Assembly (NCBI RefSeq): GCF_006345805.1
Contig: NC_043008.1
Location: 66,526,001-66,590,000 of the forward strand
Direction of reading: 5' to 3'
Source of the DNA: Octopus sinensis
Taxonomy: Eukaryota
DNA length: 64,000 bases
This document shows, in pieces, positions 52,382 to 64,000 of this stretch; position 1 is the first letter of the stretch; every line of letters begins with the position of its first letter. The translations under genes were made by a program, and so were the position numbers. The notes beneath the pieces were generated by a model, which made no database searches, was not told the DNA's origin, and was given only the letters and a program-made list of their open reading frames with translations.

Positions 52382-52589
52382 ACTCTCTATATATAGAAAT
52401 ATACATATATATATATAAATATACATATATAAATATATACATATATATATAAATATAAATATACATATATATATAAATATACATACATAATATATATATA
52501 TAAATATACATACATATTTATATATATATATATATAAATATACATATATATATATATATCTATACATATAGATAGATACATATATATAC

Positions 52590-52638
<49 letters not shown>

Positions 52639-52750
52639 TATATATATACACACACACACACGTATATATATGCATATATAAATATACATACATATATATA
52701 TATATATATACATACATACATACACATATATATATATATATATATATAAT
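52330..52750. repeat. Long compound (TA)n microsatellite
   Basis: Direct reading. Confidence 0.95.
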
Positions 52751-54813
52751 GTTTGTCATTAGTGAGAGTTTCTTGTCAGTGATTTACATTGACTCTTCTT
52801 CAAGGAATGAGATTAGTTTGTTGGGTGGGGTGGTCAGGTCGGGTTTTTTGATAGGTAATGGAGTTTTAGCTCATGAGAGTGTGAACAAAAAGTCATTTTT
52901 CTCCCCTCAGAGTATGACTCAGTCAGAAATTCGTTCCTGAATGACATGCAAATATAAACATAATTAGATTCAAACAAATTAGTAAACCTTATTAACCCTT
53001 TAGCATTCATCTTATTTTTTTTTTAAATGTAAGGTTTATTTCTTCTCATTGTTTTTAATTAATTTGCTTTGAGATTTAGATGAGAAGAAACTGTTAATTT
53101 TTAGAATGATATTGTAAGGTGGGTGTGAGAGGCTAGATTGTGGCCAGTTTGAACATAAAACATGTGGAATATTTTGGCTGAATATAACTGGTTTAAATGC
53201 TGAACGGTTAAAAGTACTCGGTATTTCTCCTCCTGTTTTTGAATTTTAAACTCACAAGCAACATTTGGTGTGAGTAAGAGTTTGTAAAGACAATAAAGTA
53301 ATACTGGGAAATATATTGCTAAAACAAATTGAAATACAATCATAATTGAAAGAAAGATTTCTCCTTATATACACAAATACATATGCAAGTATATGTCTAT
53401 CTATCTATGTATCTTTATATATTTATATAACACACACACACACACACATAGATGTGTATGTGTTTATGTATAGGATGCAACTATGGCTGTGAGGTTGGGA
53501 AGTGAACTTCCCAACCAAATGGTTGTTGGTTCAATCCTACTGTGTGGTACCCTAGATAATTATCTTCTTCTATAGCCCTGGCCCAATCCAAGTCTTATGA
53601 GTTGATTTGGCTGACAAAAACTGAAAGAAGTCCATCAAAAGTATATGCAAGTTTGTGACCCTGCCTTGACATCATGTGACAGTTGTAAGTGGATTTGGTA
53701 GATGGAAACTGGAAGAGGCCAATCATGTGTGTGTGTGTGTCTTTGTGTCTGTGTTTGTCCCCCCACCACCACATGACAACTAGTGTTGTTGTGCTTGCAT
53801 CCCATAACCTAGCAGTTCAGCAAAAGAGACCGACAGAATATGTACCAGCCATCAAAAAGTACAGGGATTCAATCGTTCAAATAAAAATTCGAGGTGGTGC
53901 CCCAGCTTGGTCACAGTCTAAGGACTGAAAGCACTTTGCACAACCCATTGTGCAGCCTCCAAGATTAGTAAGAAAGAGGGGGGTATCCTCAAACCAGAGA
54001 CTCGCCCTAAATGCTTACTACTGATTGGACTCTGCTTAAAGCATCTGAGGTGCCAGGTGGTTGCTTTAAACAAATGAGTTAAGTCTACCACCCATCATCC
54101 CAAGTAGACCATAGCTGGATTTGAACTTGGAACGCAAAGAACTGGACAAGGCTTTCTATCTAATGCTCTTGCAACTCTGTCCATTTGTCACCACAGACAT
54201 GCACACTTGCATGCGCCACATGCAAACAGGTGCATACTATATTGAATATATATAAATGGGAGTGGAAAGTACTTGATACTTGTACTACAATTTATTAATT
54301 TATTCAAGCATATACCATAACTATACACATTTACATATATATATATATATACATACACACACATTTATTTTTCTTAAACAAGACTTGGCTGGCTATGCCA
54401 TCATTGGATTACAATGCATTAGAGTTAGTTTTGCTTTTATACACAAGTAACCTGTCAGATTAACATAAACTTGTTTTTATTATAACTGAACATAAAAACA
54501 ATCAATATGTGTGGCTGTGTGGTAAGAAGCTTGCTTCCCAACAGCATGGTTCCAGGTTCCGTCTTACTGTGTGGCATCTGGGGCAAGTGTCTTATACTAT
54601 AACCTCGGCAACTAAAAGAAACCCATAGTGTGTGTGCCCATTCACTGCTTGACAACCAATGTTGGTGTGTCTACATCCCTGTTTGGCAAAAGAGACCAAT
54701 AGAGTTAGGCTTAAGAAATAAGTCCTGAGATCAATTTGTTGGACTAAAACCCTTCAAGGTGGTGCTCCTGCTTGGCTGCAGTGATATGACTGAAACAAGA
54801 ATATATATATATA

Positions 54814-56125
54814 TACTAGCATTATAACCCGTCGTTGCTGGGTCATAGTGCTAGTGCATGTATTTATGTGTATATATGTGTGTACATATTACGTGTACAT
54901 CTATATATATACATCTACACATAAAATACAAAATACAAAATTATATCTTGATATCGCTAGTGATAACAATACTCAAAATATATAACAGACTGGAATTGTA
55001 GGCCCGTCCTACGTCCCAGATATAAAGGTGAAAATAAAATATTTCCACTTTGCAAGGTTGGAGTCAAGTACCCCCTTGCACGCTCCGTTGACTGGAACCT
55101 TGCTTCTATTGTGGCGAATTTACCGCCTCTGGTTAGATATCTTTCATAGTTGCACCAAGACACTTTTCGATGGTGCTTTCCTCCAGGTGTTCAAATTTTT
55201 TTTTTTTCTCTATATTGTATACTTTATAGACAATAGTCTTTTCTTTAATTTAATTTTTTATTTCGTTTGGTAATGTTATCCTAGATTCACCGTCTTTGTC
55301 GGTGATCAATCCGAAATAGGTTTGTATTTCTTCCATTTTAATTTTAATGAGTTTGTGCCCGCCAATGGCTGCAGCGAAATTCATTTTTGGACTTTGTTCT
55401 ATCGAAGGCATTCTAACAAAAATGCTTCCGTGTAAACGGTGAAAATATTGTCAATTTCCCCAAAAAGAGAGACAAATCAATTTTTAAACAATAACCAAAG
55501 TTCCTTCTCCCAAAGGGGGAGGGTTACAGTTTACAACTATTTAACAAATGCAACACAACAACGTTTCCCTAATGAGGAACCAACAAACGTGATAACAATA
55601 GTTAAACAGTGAATCAAAAAGCAGTACGCAGTTGAAGCTATAGTCCATCTGGACTATTCCATTTCTGCACGCTAATTTTATGTTTAATTTATTCCCATTC
55701 ATGTGAAACCACTTATTCAAGTTCAAGTCATTGATGCAATTTTATACCAATTGATATTTTTACTTTTGTTATGTTACAATTATATTATACTTTAGTTTGA
55801 TTTTGATTATTACTTACTACATATAATTCAATTGTTATTATTATCTCTAATTTTTATTGTTAAAGTGAAAGTATCTGACTTAAAATAGAGAAATGCTTTT
55901 GTTTCACTTTTAACACGTAATACTGAAATAGTGGAGAAGATACGATATTGCTATGGGCTTCCCCTAGGCAAGAAGTTGAACCTTTTTTTTGCCGATGACA
56001 CTCCCCGGACCCTAAGTAAGGCATGTGTAAAATTTGAATGAAATTGGTTGTATAGTTCTCAAGTTTTAGGGAAACACACACACAGACAGACAGACACACA
56101 TTCTCAGTTTTATATATATAAAGAT
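54814..56125 (+). mobile_element. Helitron-like (Lep1/DINE-type) non-autonomous element, apparently with both ends
   Basis: 5' tactagcattataacccg; 3' aaaatttgaatgaaattgg...(CA/CAGA)n...ttttatatatataaagat; no TIRs. Confidence 0.55.
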
Positions 56126-56250
56126 ATGCTTTGCTAGAAATATCTGGTATCCGTAATTATAATTGTAAATTTATAAATTTACCTTTTTAGTTTTTATGCT
56201 TGCTAACCACTTATATTATTATTATTTATTGATAATATTATCTTTATCTA

Positions 56251-56299
<49 letters not shown>

Positions 56300-56677
56300 G
56301 CAACACACATATTTATAAATACACTCACATACACACACACCCATATGCAGAGAGTTGTAAAGTAGGGTAGCCCTATCTTCAAATGTTGTGTCAGTACATG
56401 ACATACACAGAGAGTTTTGCAGAGAAACACAGGTGCTACACCTGCTTCACACCTGAGTGGTTATTTAGAGGAAGGACATGAAAAATACATTCACTTAAGT
56501 GCACTGCTCTCACAGATCATATGCAAATATTCATATCTGTACACAGCTAATTGTCCCACGTATGTTTGTTCATTTAACAACTGTTTCTCAATGCTAACAT
56601 GTGTTAGAAGAAGAATTATTAGAGACAGGATTTTTATGGCTGGATGCTCTTCTTGTTTTCAGTCTTTGCCCGTTTTA

Positions 56678-56894
56678 CAAGGGTGTGCTAAAATGTTCCT
56701 AGTTTTGGGTAAAAGAAGATACAAGAGTATCAGTTAATTATGATTTTATTCAACATATTCCCCTCTCAGAATCACGCACTTATCGCAGTGATCCTTCAGT
56801 TCTTCTAATCCCTGTAAAAGAACTCAGAAGGTTGGGTCTCCAACCAAGCCTTTCATGATACCCTTAAAGCCAGGAACTTTTCAGCACCCCTTTG
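56678..56894. mobile_element. Mariner-derived MITE with TA target-site duplication
   Basis: TIRs caagggtgtgctaaaatgttcct and aggaacttttcagcacccctttg, flanked by TA at 56676-56677 and 56895-56896. Confidence 0.75.
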
Positions 56895-57840
56895 TAAAAT
56901 TAGGGATTTTTAAAATTCCAGCAGTCTTCAACAGCAAGGAATGATCGGTTACAATATCAGTAAGGAATAAGGTAATGAGCTGGCGGAACCATTAGCATGC
57001 TAGGAAAATTGCTTAGTGGAATTTCAGCTGTCTTTACATACTGAGTTCAAATTCCACCAAGGTTGACTTTGCCTTTCATCCTTTTTGGGATCAATAAAAT
57101 AAATAAGTACCACGGTTGAGCACTGGGGCAAGTATCATGCCTAAATTTGAAACCAATATCAAAAAAGAATGTCAACATCATCCCCATTTTGCTGAAGCAG
57201 TGCCAAGTATGGAACATTGACCTTCATGCACATTCTTGCAATCACTGTTGTTGCTGTTGTTTTGGTTGTGGCTGTTTTTGATGCCTCCCAAGATGCAGAC
57301 ATAGCTGTGTCGTTAAGAAGCTGATGGTTGTAGGTCTTGTTGAAGCTTCTCTGGGTACAAGTGTGACTGTATGCTTAAGAAGTTTGCTTCCCTACCACAC
57401 GGTTCCAGGTTCAATCCCACTGCATCACACCGTGAGCAAGTGTCTTCTACCACAGCCTCAGACCAACTGTAGCCTGTGTTTATCCCCCACCACTGCTTGA
57501 CAAATAGTGTTGGTGTGTTTACATCCCAGTAACTTAGCAGTTCGGCAAAAAAGATCAATAGAATAAGTATCAGGTTTAAAAATGAAAAAAAAGTACTAAG
57601 GCCAGTTCATTCAACTAAAAAATTATTCATGGCAATGCTCCAGCATGGCCATAGTCTAATGGCTGGTGCAAGTAAAAGATAAAAGATTCCCAAGCACATC
57701 ATTTTAGGTTCAGTTGCACTGCACAGCTCCTTGAGCAAGTGTTTTCCCTCTAAAGCCAGACTGATGAAAGTTTTGTAAATGGATTAGCCTGTCATGTATA
57801 TGTATGTGTGTGTATAGATATATATATATATATATATATA

Positions 57841-59508
57841 TGTTCATTTATCAAGTTATGCTTGAATATCAAAAACATCAACATCAAATGGAAATTATAG
57901 TTGTGATACCTGTGCCGGTGGCACGTTAAAAGCACCATTCGAGCGTGGGTCCTGCCAGCCTCCCCTGGCACCTGTGCCGGTGGCACGTAAAAAGCACCCA
58001 CTTCACTCACAGAGTGGTTGGCATTAGGAAGGGCATCCAGCTGTAGAAACACTACCAGATCAGACTGGAGCCTGGTGCAGCCTCCTGGTTTCCCAGACCC
58101 CAGTCAAACTGTCTAACCCATGCTAGCACGGAAGACGGACGTTAAACGATGATGATGATGAATCATCTTGTGAATCAGCAAAGCTTAAATCAAGAATGAC
58201 AATAGAACCAGCCTTCTCTAAGAAGCAAAGAACACTGTGTAGAGGTCTCTGATCTGGCATCTCAGAAACTATTGAAACTAAGAAGTTGAATGTTTTGTCA
58301 TTGATTACTAAAAACAAAAACACTAATGGCTGTATTTTCTGTTTGTTTGTTTTTTTAGTTTATTTTACTTGTTTATTTATCAAGTTATGCTTGAATATCA
58401 TAAACAGTGTGACACAGTTCTAGTCATCATGTGATGTGATGAATCAGCCTAGGCTAAACAAAGCACAAAATCAATTACATGAAAAATGAAATGGTGCATA
58501 TATATATGTAGGTGCAGGCATGGCTGTGTGGTAAGTAGTTTGCTTACGGACCACTTGGTTCTGGGTTCAGTCCCACTGCAAGTGTCTTCTGCTATAGCCT
58601 CGGGCCGACCAAAGCCTTGTGGGTGGATTTGGTAGACGGAAACTGAAAGAAGCCTGTCGTATATATGTATATATATATATATATATATATGTTCATTTAT
58701 CAAGTTATGCTTGAATATCAAAAACATCAACATCAATGGAAATTATAGTTGTGATACCTGTGCCGGTGGCACGTTAAAAGCACCATTCGAGCGTGGGTCC
58801 TGCCAGCCTCCCCTGGCACCTGTGCCGGTGGCACGTAAAAAGCACCCACTTCACTCACAGAGTGGTTGGCATTAGGAAGGGCATCCAGCTGTAGAAACAC
58901 TACCAGATCAGACTGGAGCCTGGTGCAGCCTCCTGGTTTCCCAGACCCCAGTCAAACTGTCTAACCCATGCTAGCACGGAAGACGGACGTTAACGATGAT
59001 GATGATGAATCATCTTGTGAATCAGCAAAGCTTAAATCAAGAATGACAATAGAACCAGCCTTCTCTAAGAAGCAAAGAACACTGTGTAGAGGTCTCTGAT
59101 CTGGCATCTCAGAAACTATTGAAACTAAGAAGTTGAATGTTTTGTCATTGATTACTAAAAACAAAAACACTAATGGCTGTATTTTCTGTTTGTTTGTTTT
59201 TTTAGTTTATTTTACTTGTTTATTTATCAAGTTATGCTTGAATATCATAAACAGTGTGACACAGTTCTAGTCATCATGTGATGTGATGAATCAGCCTAGG
59301 CTAAACAAAGCACAAAATCAATTACATGAAAAATGAAATGGTGCATATATATATGTAGGTGCAGGCATGGCTGTGTGGTAAGTAGTTTGCTTACGGACCA
59401 CTTGGTTCTGGGTTCAGTCCCACTGCAAGTGTCTTCTGCTATAGCCTCGGGCCGACCAAAGCCTTGTGGGTGGATTTGGTAGACGGAAACTGAAAGAAGC
59501 CTGTCGTA

Positions 59509-59538
<30 letters not shown>
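57841..59538. repeat. Near-identical ~849-bp tandem duplication
   Basis: Unit starts tgttcatttatcaag at 57841 and 58690; only two 1-nt homopolymer indels seen; junction lies in a (TA)n tract within a SINE. Confidence 0.95.
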
Positions 59539-59559
<21 letters not shown>

Positions 59560-59949
59560 ATGTTTGTGTGTCTGTGTTTGTGCCCCCCACCCCCAACATC
59601 GCTTGACAACCAATTTTGGTGTGTTTACATCCTCCTAACTTAGCAGTTCGGCAAAAGAGACTGATAGAATGAGTACTAGGCTTACAAAGAATAAGTCTTG
59701 GGATCGATTTGCTCGACTATAGGCGGTGTTCCAGCATGACTGAAACAAGTAAAAGAGTAAAGAGTATATGCTGTGTGTGTCTGTGTGTATACACACACAT
59801 TATCATCATCATCATCATCAGGGTTTTGTTCAATACTTTGATATTGCTAGACCTCTTATGTGTCCATACCTTGCACCAAGTACACCTTATAGAGTTTCTA
59901 CCTATGCCTTTTCTACATATCAGGCAGAGCCATCTACCTGAAGGGATTT

Positions 59950-60325
59950 GTGGTTTGCCTGCTTTCCTACTTACTAAGACTTTCTGAAGAACAACCTCAA
60001 GAAGCTGAACCTTTCAGGTGAGATGACAAAGGACCGAGACACCTGGCTGTAATCAAGGCTTGTACCCCACAGCAGAAGTGTTAAGACTAATCCTGCTGGT
60101 GGTGTAAAGCACTTGTGGTGGTACTATGTAAAAGCACCCATGCGGTGCCACATAAAAGCATCCAGCACACCCTGTAAAGTGGTTGGCATTAGGAAGGACA
60201 TCCAGCTGTAGAGACCATGCCAAATCAGAGTGGAGTCTGGTGCAGCCCCACCAGCTTGCCAGCTCTGGTCAAACTGTCCAACCCTTGCCAATATGGACAA
60301 CAGACATTAAATAACGATGATGGTA
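59950..60325 (+). mobile_element. RTE LINE 3' end (ORF end plus UTR)
   Basis: NLKKLNLSGEMTKDRDTW, then 2-3 gcac/aaaagcac motifs and the ttaggaagg(g/a)catccagctgtag tail. Confidence 0.65.
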
Positions 60326-61265
60326 GCTAGACAGACAAATGGTGCACCAGAAAAGATGACACATTACCAAAGGTTTGGACAGAAATGTGGTTTCATATTC
60401 TTATGCTTGATGTGGTTTGACAACAACCTTCATCATTCCAGATAGCAACCGTGTAGCATTCATGTGCCATTAAGGAAATGAACACAGAAAACATAATCTG
60501 AATTTATGCTTTATATCATATACATATGTTTAAGAAAGCTGGTCACCATTAATTACATGTGCCTAAAGGCCTTGAGTCAGCTGTATTTGTTACATAACAG
60601 GATCTTCATGTTGATTTTTATGTTTGTGGTGACCAACTTTCTGAAACACATATATATCATATAAATCACAAATACTGATTAAGCGTTCTGTGTTTCTTTC
60701 TCATATATGGATTTTTATTCACATACACAGTAACCCCAGTCGCTAACCATAAACTATAAAAATAACTATTTTCAGCTTATCAAGCTTCGATATGGGAAAC
60801 ATTTACAACCATTTACATCAATAAACCACTATTGTTCCTGAGAGTTTTTTTTTATATTTTCTATGGATTGCTCGAAGTTTACTAACTTCCTAATCCTGGA
60901 TCCTTGGATCTTACCTTTACATACATACATACATAGACAGACGGACAGATGTGTGGTTGTGTAATAAGTTTGATTCCTGATCACGTGGGTCTGGGTTCCG
61001 TCCCATTGCATGGCACCTTGTGAGTGGATATGTGTGTGTCTTTGTGTCTGCCCCTCCACCACCTCTTGACGACAGGTGTTGGTTTGTTTGTGTATCCATA
61101 ACTTAGTGGTTCAGCTAAAGATATGGATAGAATAAGTACCAGACTTTAACAAGAAATAAGTACTAGGCTCAATTTGTCCAACTAAAAATCTCTTAAAGAT
61201 GGTGCTGCAGCATGGCTGCAGTCCAATGACTAGAACAAGTAACAGATAAAAGGTTATATATATAT

Positions 61266-61679
61266 ACTCTTTTACTCTTTTACTTGTTTCAGTCATGTGA
61301 CTGTGGCCAAGCTAGAGCACCGCCTTTAGTCAAGCAAATCGACCCCAGGACTTATTCTTTGTAAGCCTAGTACTTATTCTATCGGTCTCTCTTGCCAAAC
61401 TGCTAAGTTACAGGGATGTAAACACACCAGCATCGGTTGTCAAGCGATGTTGGGGGGGGGGGCAAACACAGACACACAAACATATACACACAAATACATA
61501 TATATATATAGATATATACAAAAGGCTTCTTTCATTTTCCGTCTACCAAATCCACTCACAAGGCTTTGGTCGGCCCGAGGCTATAGTAGAAGACACTTGC
61601 CCAAGGTGCAATGCAGTGGAACTGAACCCAGAACCATGTGGTTGGTAAGCAAGCTACTTACAACGCAGCCACTCCTATG

Positions 61680-61684
<5 letters not shown>
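61266..61684 (-). mobile_element. SINE family A
   Basis: Reverse complement of the consensus. Confidence 0.85.
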
Positions 61685-61733
<49 letters not shown>

Positions 61734-61734
61734 G

Positions 61735-62140
61735 GCATAGGTGCGACTGTGTGGTAAGAAGCTTGCTTCCCAACTTCATGGTCCCAAGTTTGGTCTCACT
61801 GCATGGCACCTTGGGTAAGTTTTTTGCTACAGCCTTAGACCAACCAAAGCCTTGTGAGTGGATTTAACAGACGGAAACTGAAAGAAGCCTATTGTGTGTG
61901 TGTGTATGTGTATATATATACATACATGTGCGTGTGTCTTTATGTCTGTGTTTTCCCCCCACCACTGCTTGACAACTGATGTTGGTGTGTTTACTTACCT
62001 ATGACTTAGTGGTTCAGCAAAAGTACCCCATAGAATAAGTACGAGGCTTAAAAAAAAAGTACTGAGGTCAATTCATTCGGCTAAAAGTTCTTCCCAGCAT
62101 GGCTGCAGTCTAATGACTGAAACAAGTAAAAGATGAAAGA
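61735..62140 (+). mobile_element. SINE family A, diverged
   Basis: Head and tail motifs; head-to-head with the previous copy across a (TA)n tract. Confidence 0.75.
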
Positions 62141-62143
62141 TAT

Positions 62144-62176
<33 letters not shown>

Positions 62177-62199
62177 AACATATACATACATGCACTCAT

Positions 62200-62520
62200 A
62201 GTAAAGTAAAGACCCCCTTTGGTCATGAATGACTATGGTATTGCACCTAGAAATTTCTCTGAGGCACAAGTCTGGGAAAGACCTGCAGTTGCCCATGCAT
62301 ACCAGCTCCTTCCCCTCTTCATTATGTTATCCAAAGACCAATACAGCTTGGCACCAGTGACATCGCACCCAATTTCTGCAGCTGAGTGACCTGGAGCAAC
62401 GTGAAATAAAGTGTCTTGCTCAAGAACACAACATATTGCTCGGTTCCGTTATAACAAACTCACAACCTCACAATCGTAAGCTCGACATTCTAACCATTGA
62501 GCCCTGTGCCTTCACCTACA
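62200..62520 (+). mobile_element. Dispersed repeat family (also at 30545-30785)
   Basis: Shared tcatgaatgactatgg..ttgcacctagaa...gctgagtgaactggagcaacgtgaaataaa; class not determined. Confidence 0.6.
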
Positions 62521-63619
62521 TAATACATACATACACACACTCCTACTCACAAACACACACATGATATGATATGATATGAGGTTGCGTAACAACACAGTTT
62601 CTTCCCTCTATTGGTAGCTATAATTATAGTGCAAAGTTTATACCAACACCTCCCTACCCAGCCAACATGCATACATACTTATTAGTTTCTTTTTTTAGTT
62701 TACTGTCATTAATTTTTTTTGTTTAAATATTCTTTTGTAAGTATGTCACAAAAAAAAAAACAGTAACCTAATTGGGTTAATAAAAGGAAGTAACAAAACT
62801 TAAAACATATGATTCTGTGTGTGTGTGTGTGTGTTTAGGTATGTCTTTTTCTCTTGACAAGGTTTGTTATTATTAGAATTAATTAAGCCATTGACTCTTC
62901 ATGCAGTAAGAATTAACTAAAGCATTGAATGTCACTCAGGTGTACTAGAAATAGCAAGCAAATCCTATTTATAATGACATTGTACGTTATTAAAATAGAA
63001 AGAGAATGAATGGATAATGAAGTCTTCGACATGCCATGAGCCTGGAAAGAAAAAAAATGAGTTGGTCACAATCGGAATGGCTTTGATCATAGATGTGTTT
63101 ACTCAGGTCTGACCTTGTACTAAACCACAAGGCATTGTAATAGTAAGGATAGTGAGGTGGGTGGAAGCTACAGAGAGCACAGGTTCTGAATTTACGAAAG
63201 TACCAGTGTCATATTGGGTTCAAGAATAAATATACATGTCAACTCCTGTCAACTCTAATCCAGCAGACTGATGACCCAAACACATTCCAAACTGACCAAC
63301 CTATATTTTACCTTTTCTTTTTTAACACATTTTAGAATTATATTGTACTAGACGTTCTTTTTTCCTTTCTTTCTTTCTTTCTTTCAAGACAGTAGGCTTT
63401 GATATGAGGGAGATTTAGTTGTGATTTTTGCATGCCTGGGTGGTAAGAAGCTTGCTTCTCAACCATATGGTTCTGGGTTCAGTCCCACTGCATAGCACCA
63501 TGGGCAAGTGTCTTCTACTGAAGCCTCAATCTGCACAAAGCTTTGTGACTGGATTTGATAGACAGAAACTGAAAGAAGCCCGTCATGTGTGCATATATAT
63601 ATATATATATGCACACACA

Positions 63620-63862
63620 GTTATCTCCCCTACTTCTTAGCTCTCCTGTGTGACCCTTCTGTCCAGCATTCGCTATGATAGATCGCTAGCCACTACACAC
63701 ATTTTTTTCTCTCCTTGTTTCTTTCTGTGTTGCTTTCTGTGAAAGAGCGTAGGCTCGAAACGTTAAAAAATTTTTCAATTCCTGAGCGTTATACTAATAC
63801 ACCTGTTGGTTTTCTACACCACCTGTCTTCGTCTTTTGTTTTTTTGTGAATTCTCCCCCTAT
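63620..63862 (+). mobile_element. Penelope-like 3'/pLTR relic with a variant hammerhead motif, flanked by TA tracts
   Basis: ttt-CTGTGAAA-GAGC-gtag-GCTC-GAAA-CGT-T-aaa at 63734-63767; the downstream ctaatacacctg motif is shared with 50900-51040, 41280-41350 and 9490-9540. Confidence 0.5.
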
Positions 63863-64000
63863 ATATATACATGATGATGATGATGATGTATGTTTGTATG
63901 TGTCTGTCCATCCACCACCAACACCACTTGATAATCAGTGTTGGTGTGTTTATGTCCCTATAATTTAGCAGTTCAGCATAGAAAATAATAGAATATGTAC

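Noticed and set aside
60587-60680. Acceptor-like ttacataacAG|GAT (phase-0 Asp) as the next DAPK exon
   Set aside because: Translation DLHVDFYVCG does not resemble the expected DE(E)D-F-V...ankyrin lead-in, and there is no convincing donor.

Overview
AT-rich, microsatellite-saturated animal genomic DNA. The SINE, RTE and Penelope repeat complement looks like Octopus; this is inferred from recognised repeat motifs, not from a database search. The window is almost entirely intronic sequence of a death-associated protein kinase (DAPK1-like) gene on the + strand. Two 90-nt phase-0 exons (11794-11883, 12910-12999) encode the Ca2+/calmodulin-binding autoregulatory segment. Neither the upstream kinase-domain exons nor the downstream ankyrin exons could be found, so both flanking introns run off the window (>11.7 kb and >51 kb). 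Inside the long downstream intron is a strong candidate alternative first exon (TATA box, good Kozak ATG, 27 codons, phase-0 GTGAGT donor; 29349-29429), which would give a kinase-less DAPK isoform. The rest is decayed mobile DNA: dozens of tRNA-derived SINEs, RTE LINE fragments, Tc1/mariner/maT relics, hAT-type MITEs, Helitron-like elements and a tRNA-His pseudogene. It also holds a 41 x 25-bp minisatellite grown inside an RTE 3' UTR and two local tandem duplications. The most unusual repeats are (TA)n-embedded fold-back elements and Penelope-like relics carrying minimal hammerhead-ribozyme motifs, including a tRNA-headed SINE-like element with a near-intact hammerhead and a 13-bp target-site duplication. 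Nearly all ORFs in the supplied track are microsatellite artefacts. All observations are by eye; repeat boundaries are approximate (tens of bp).
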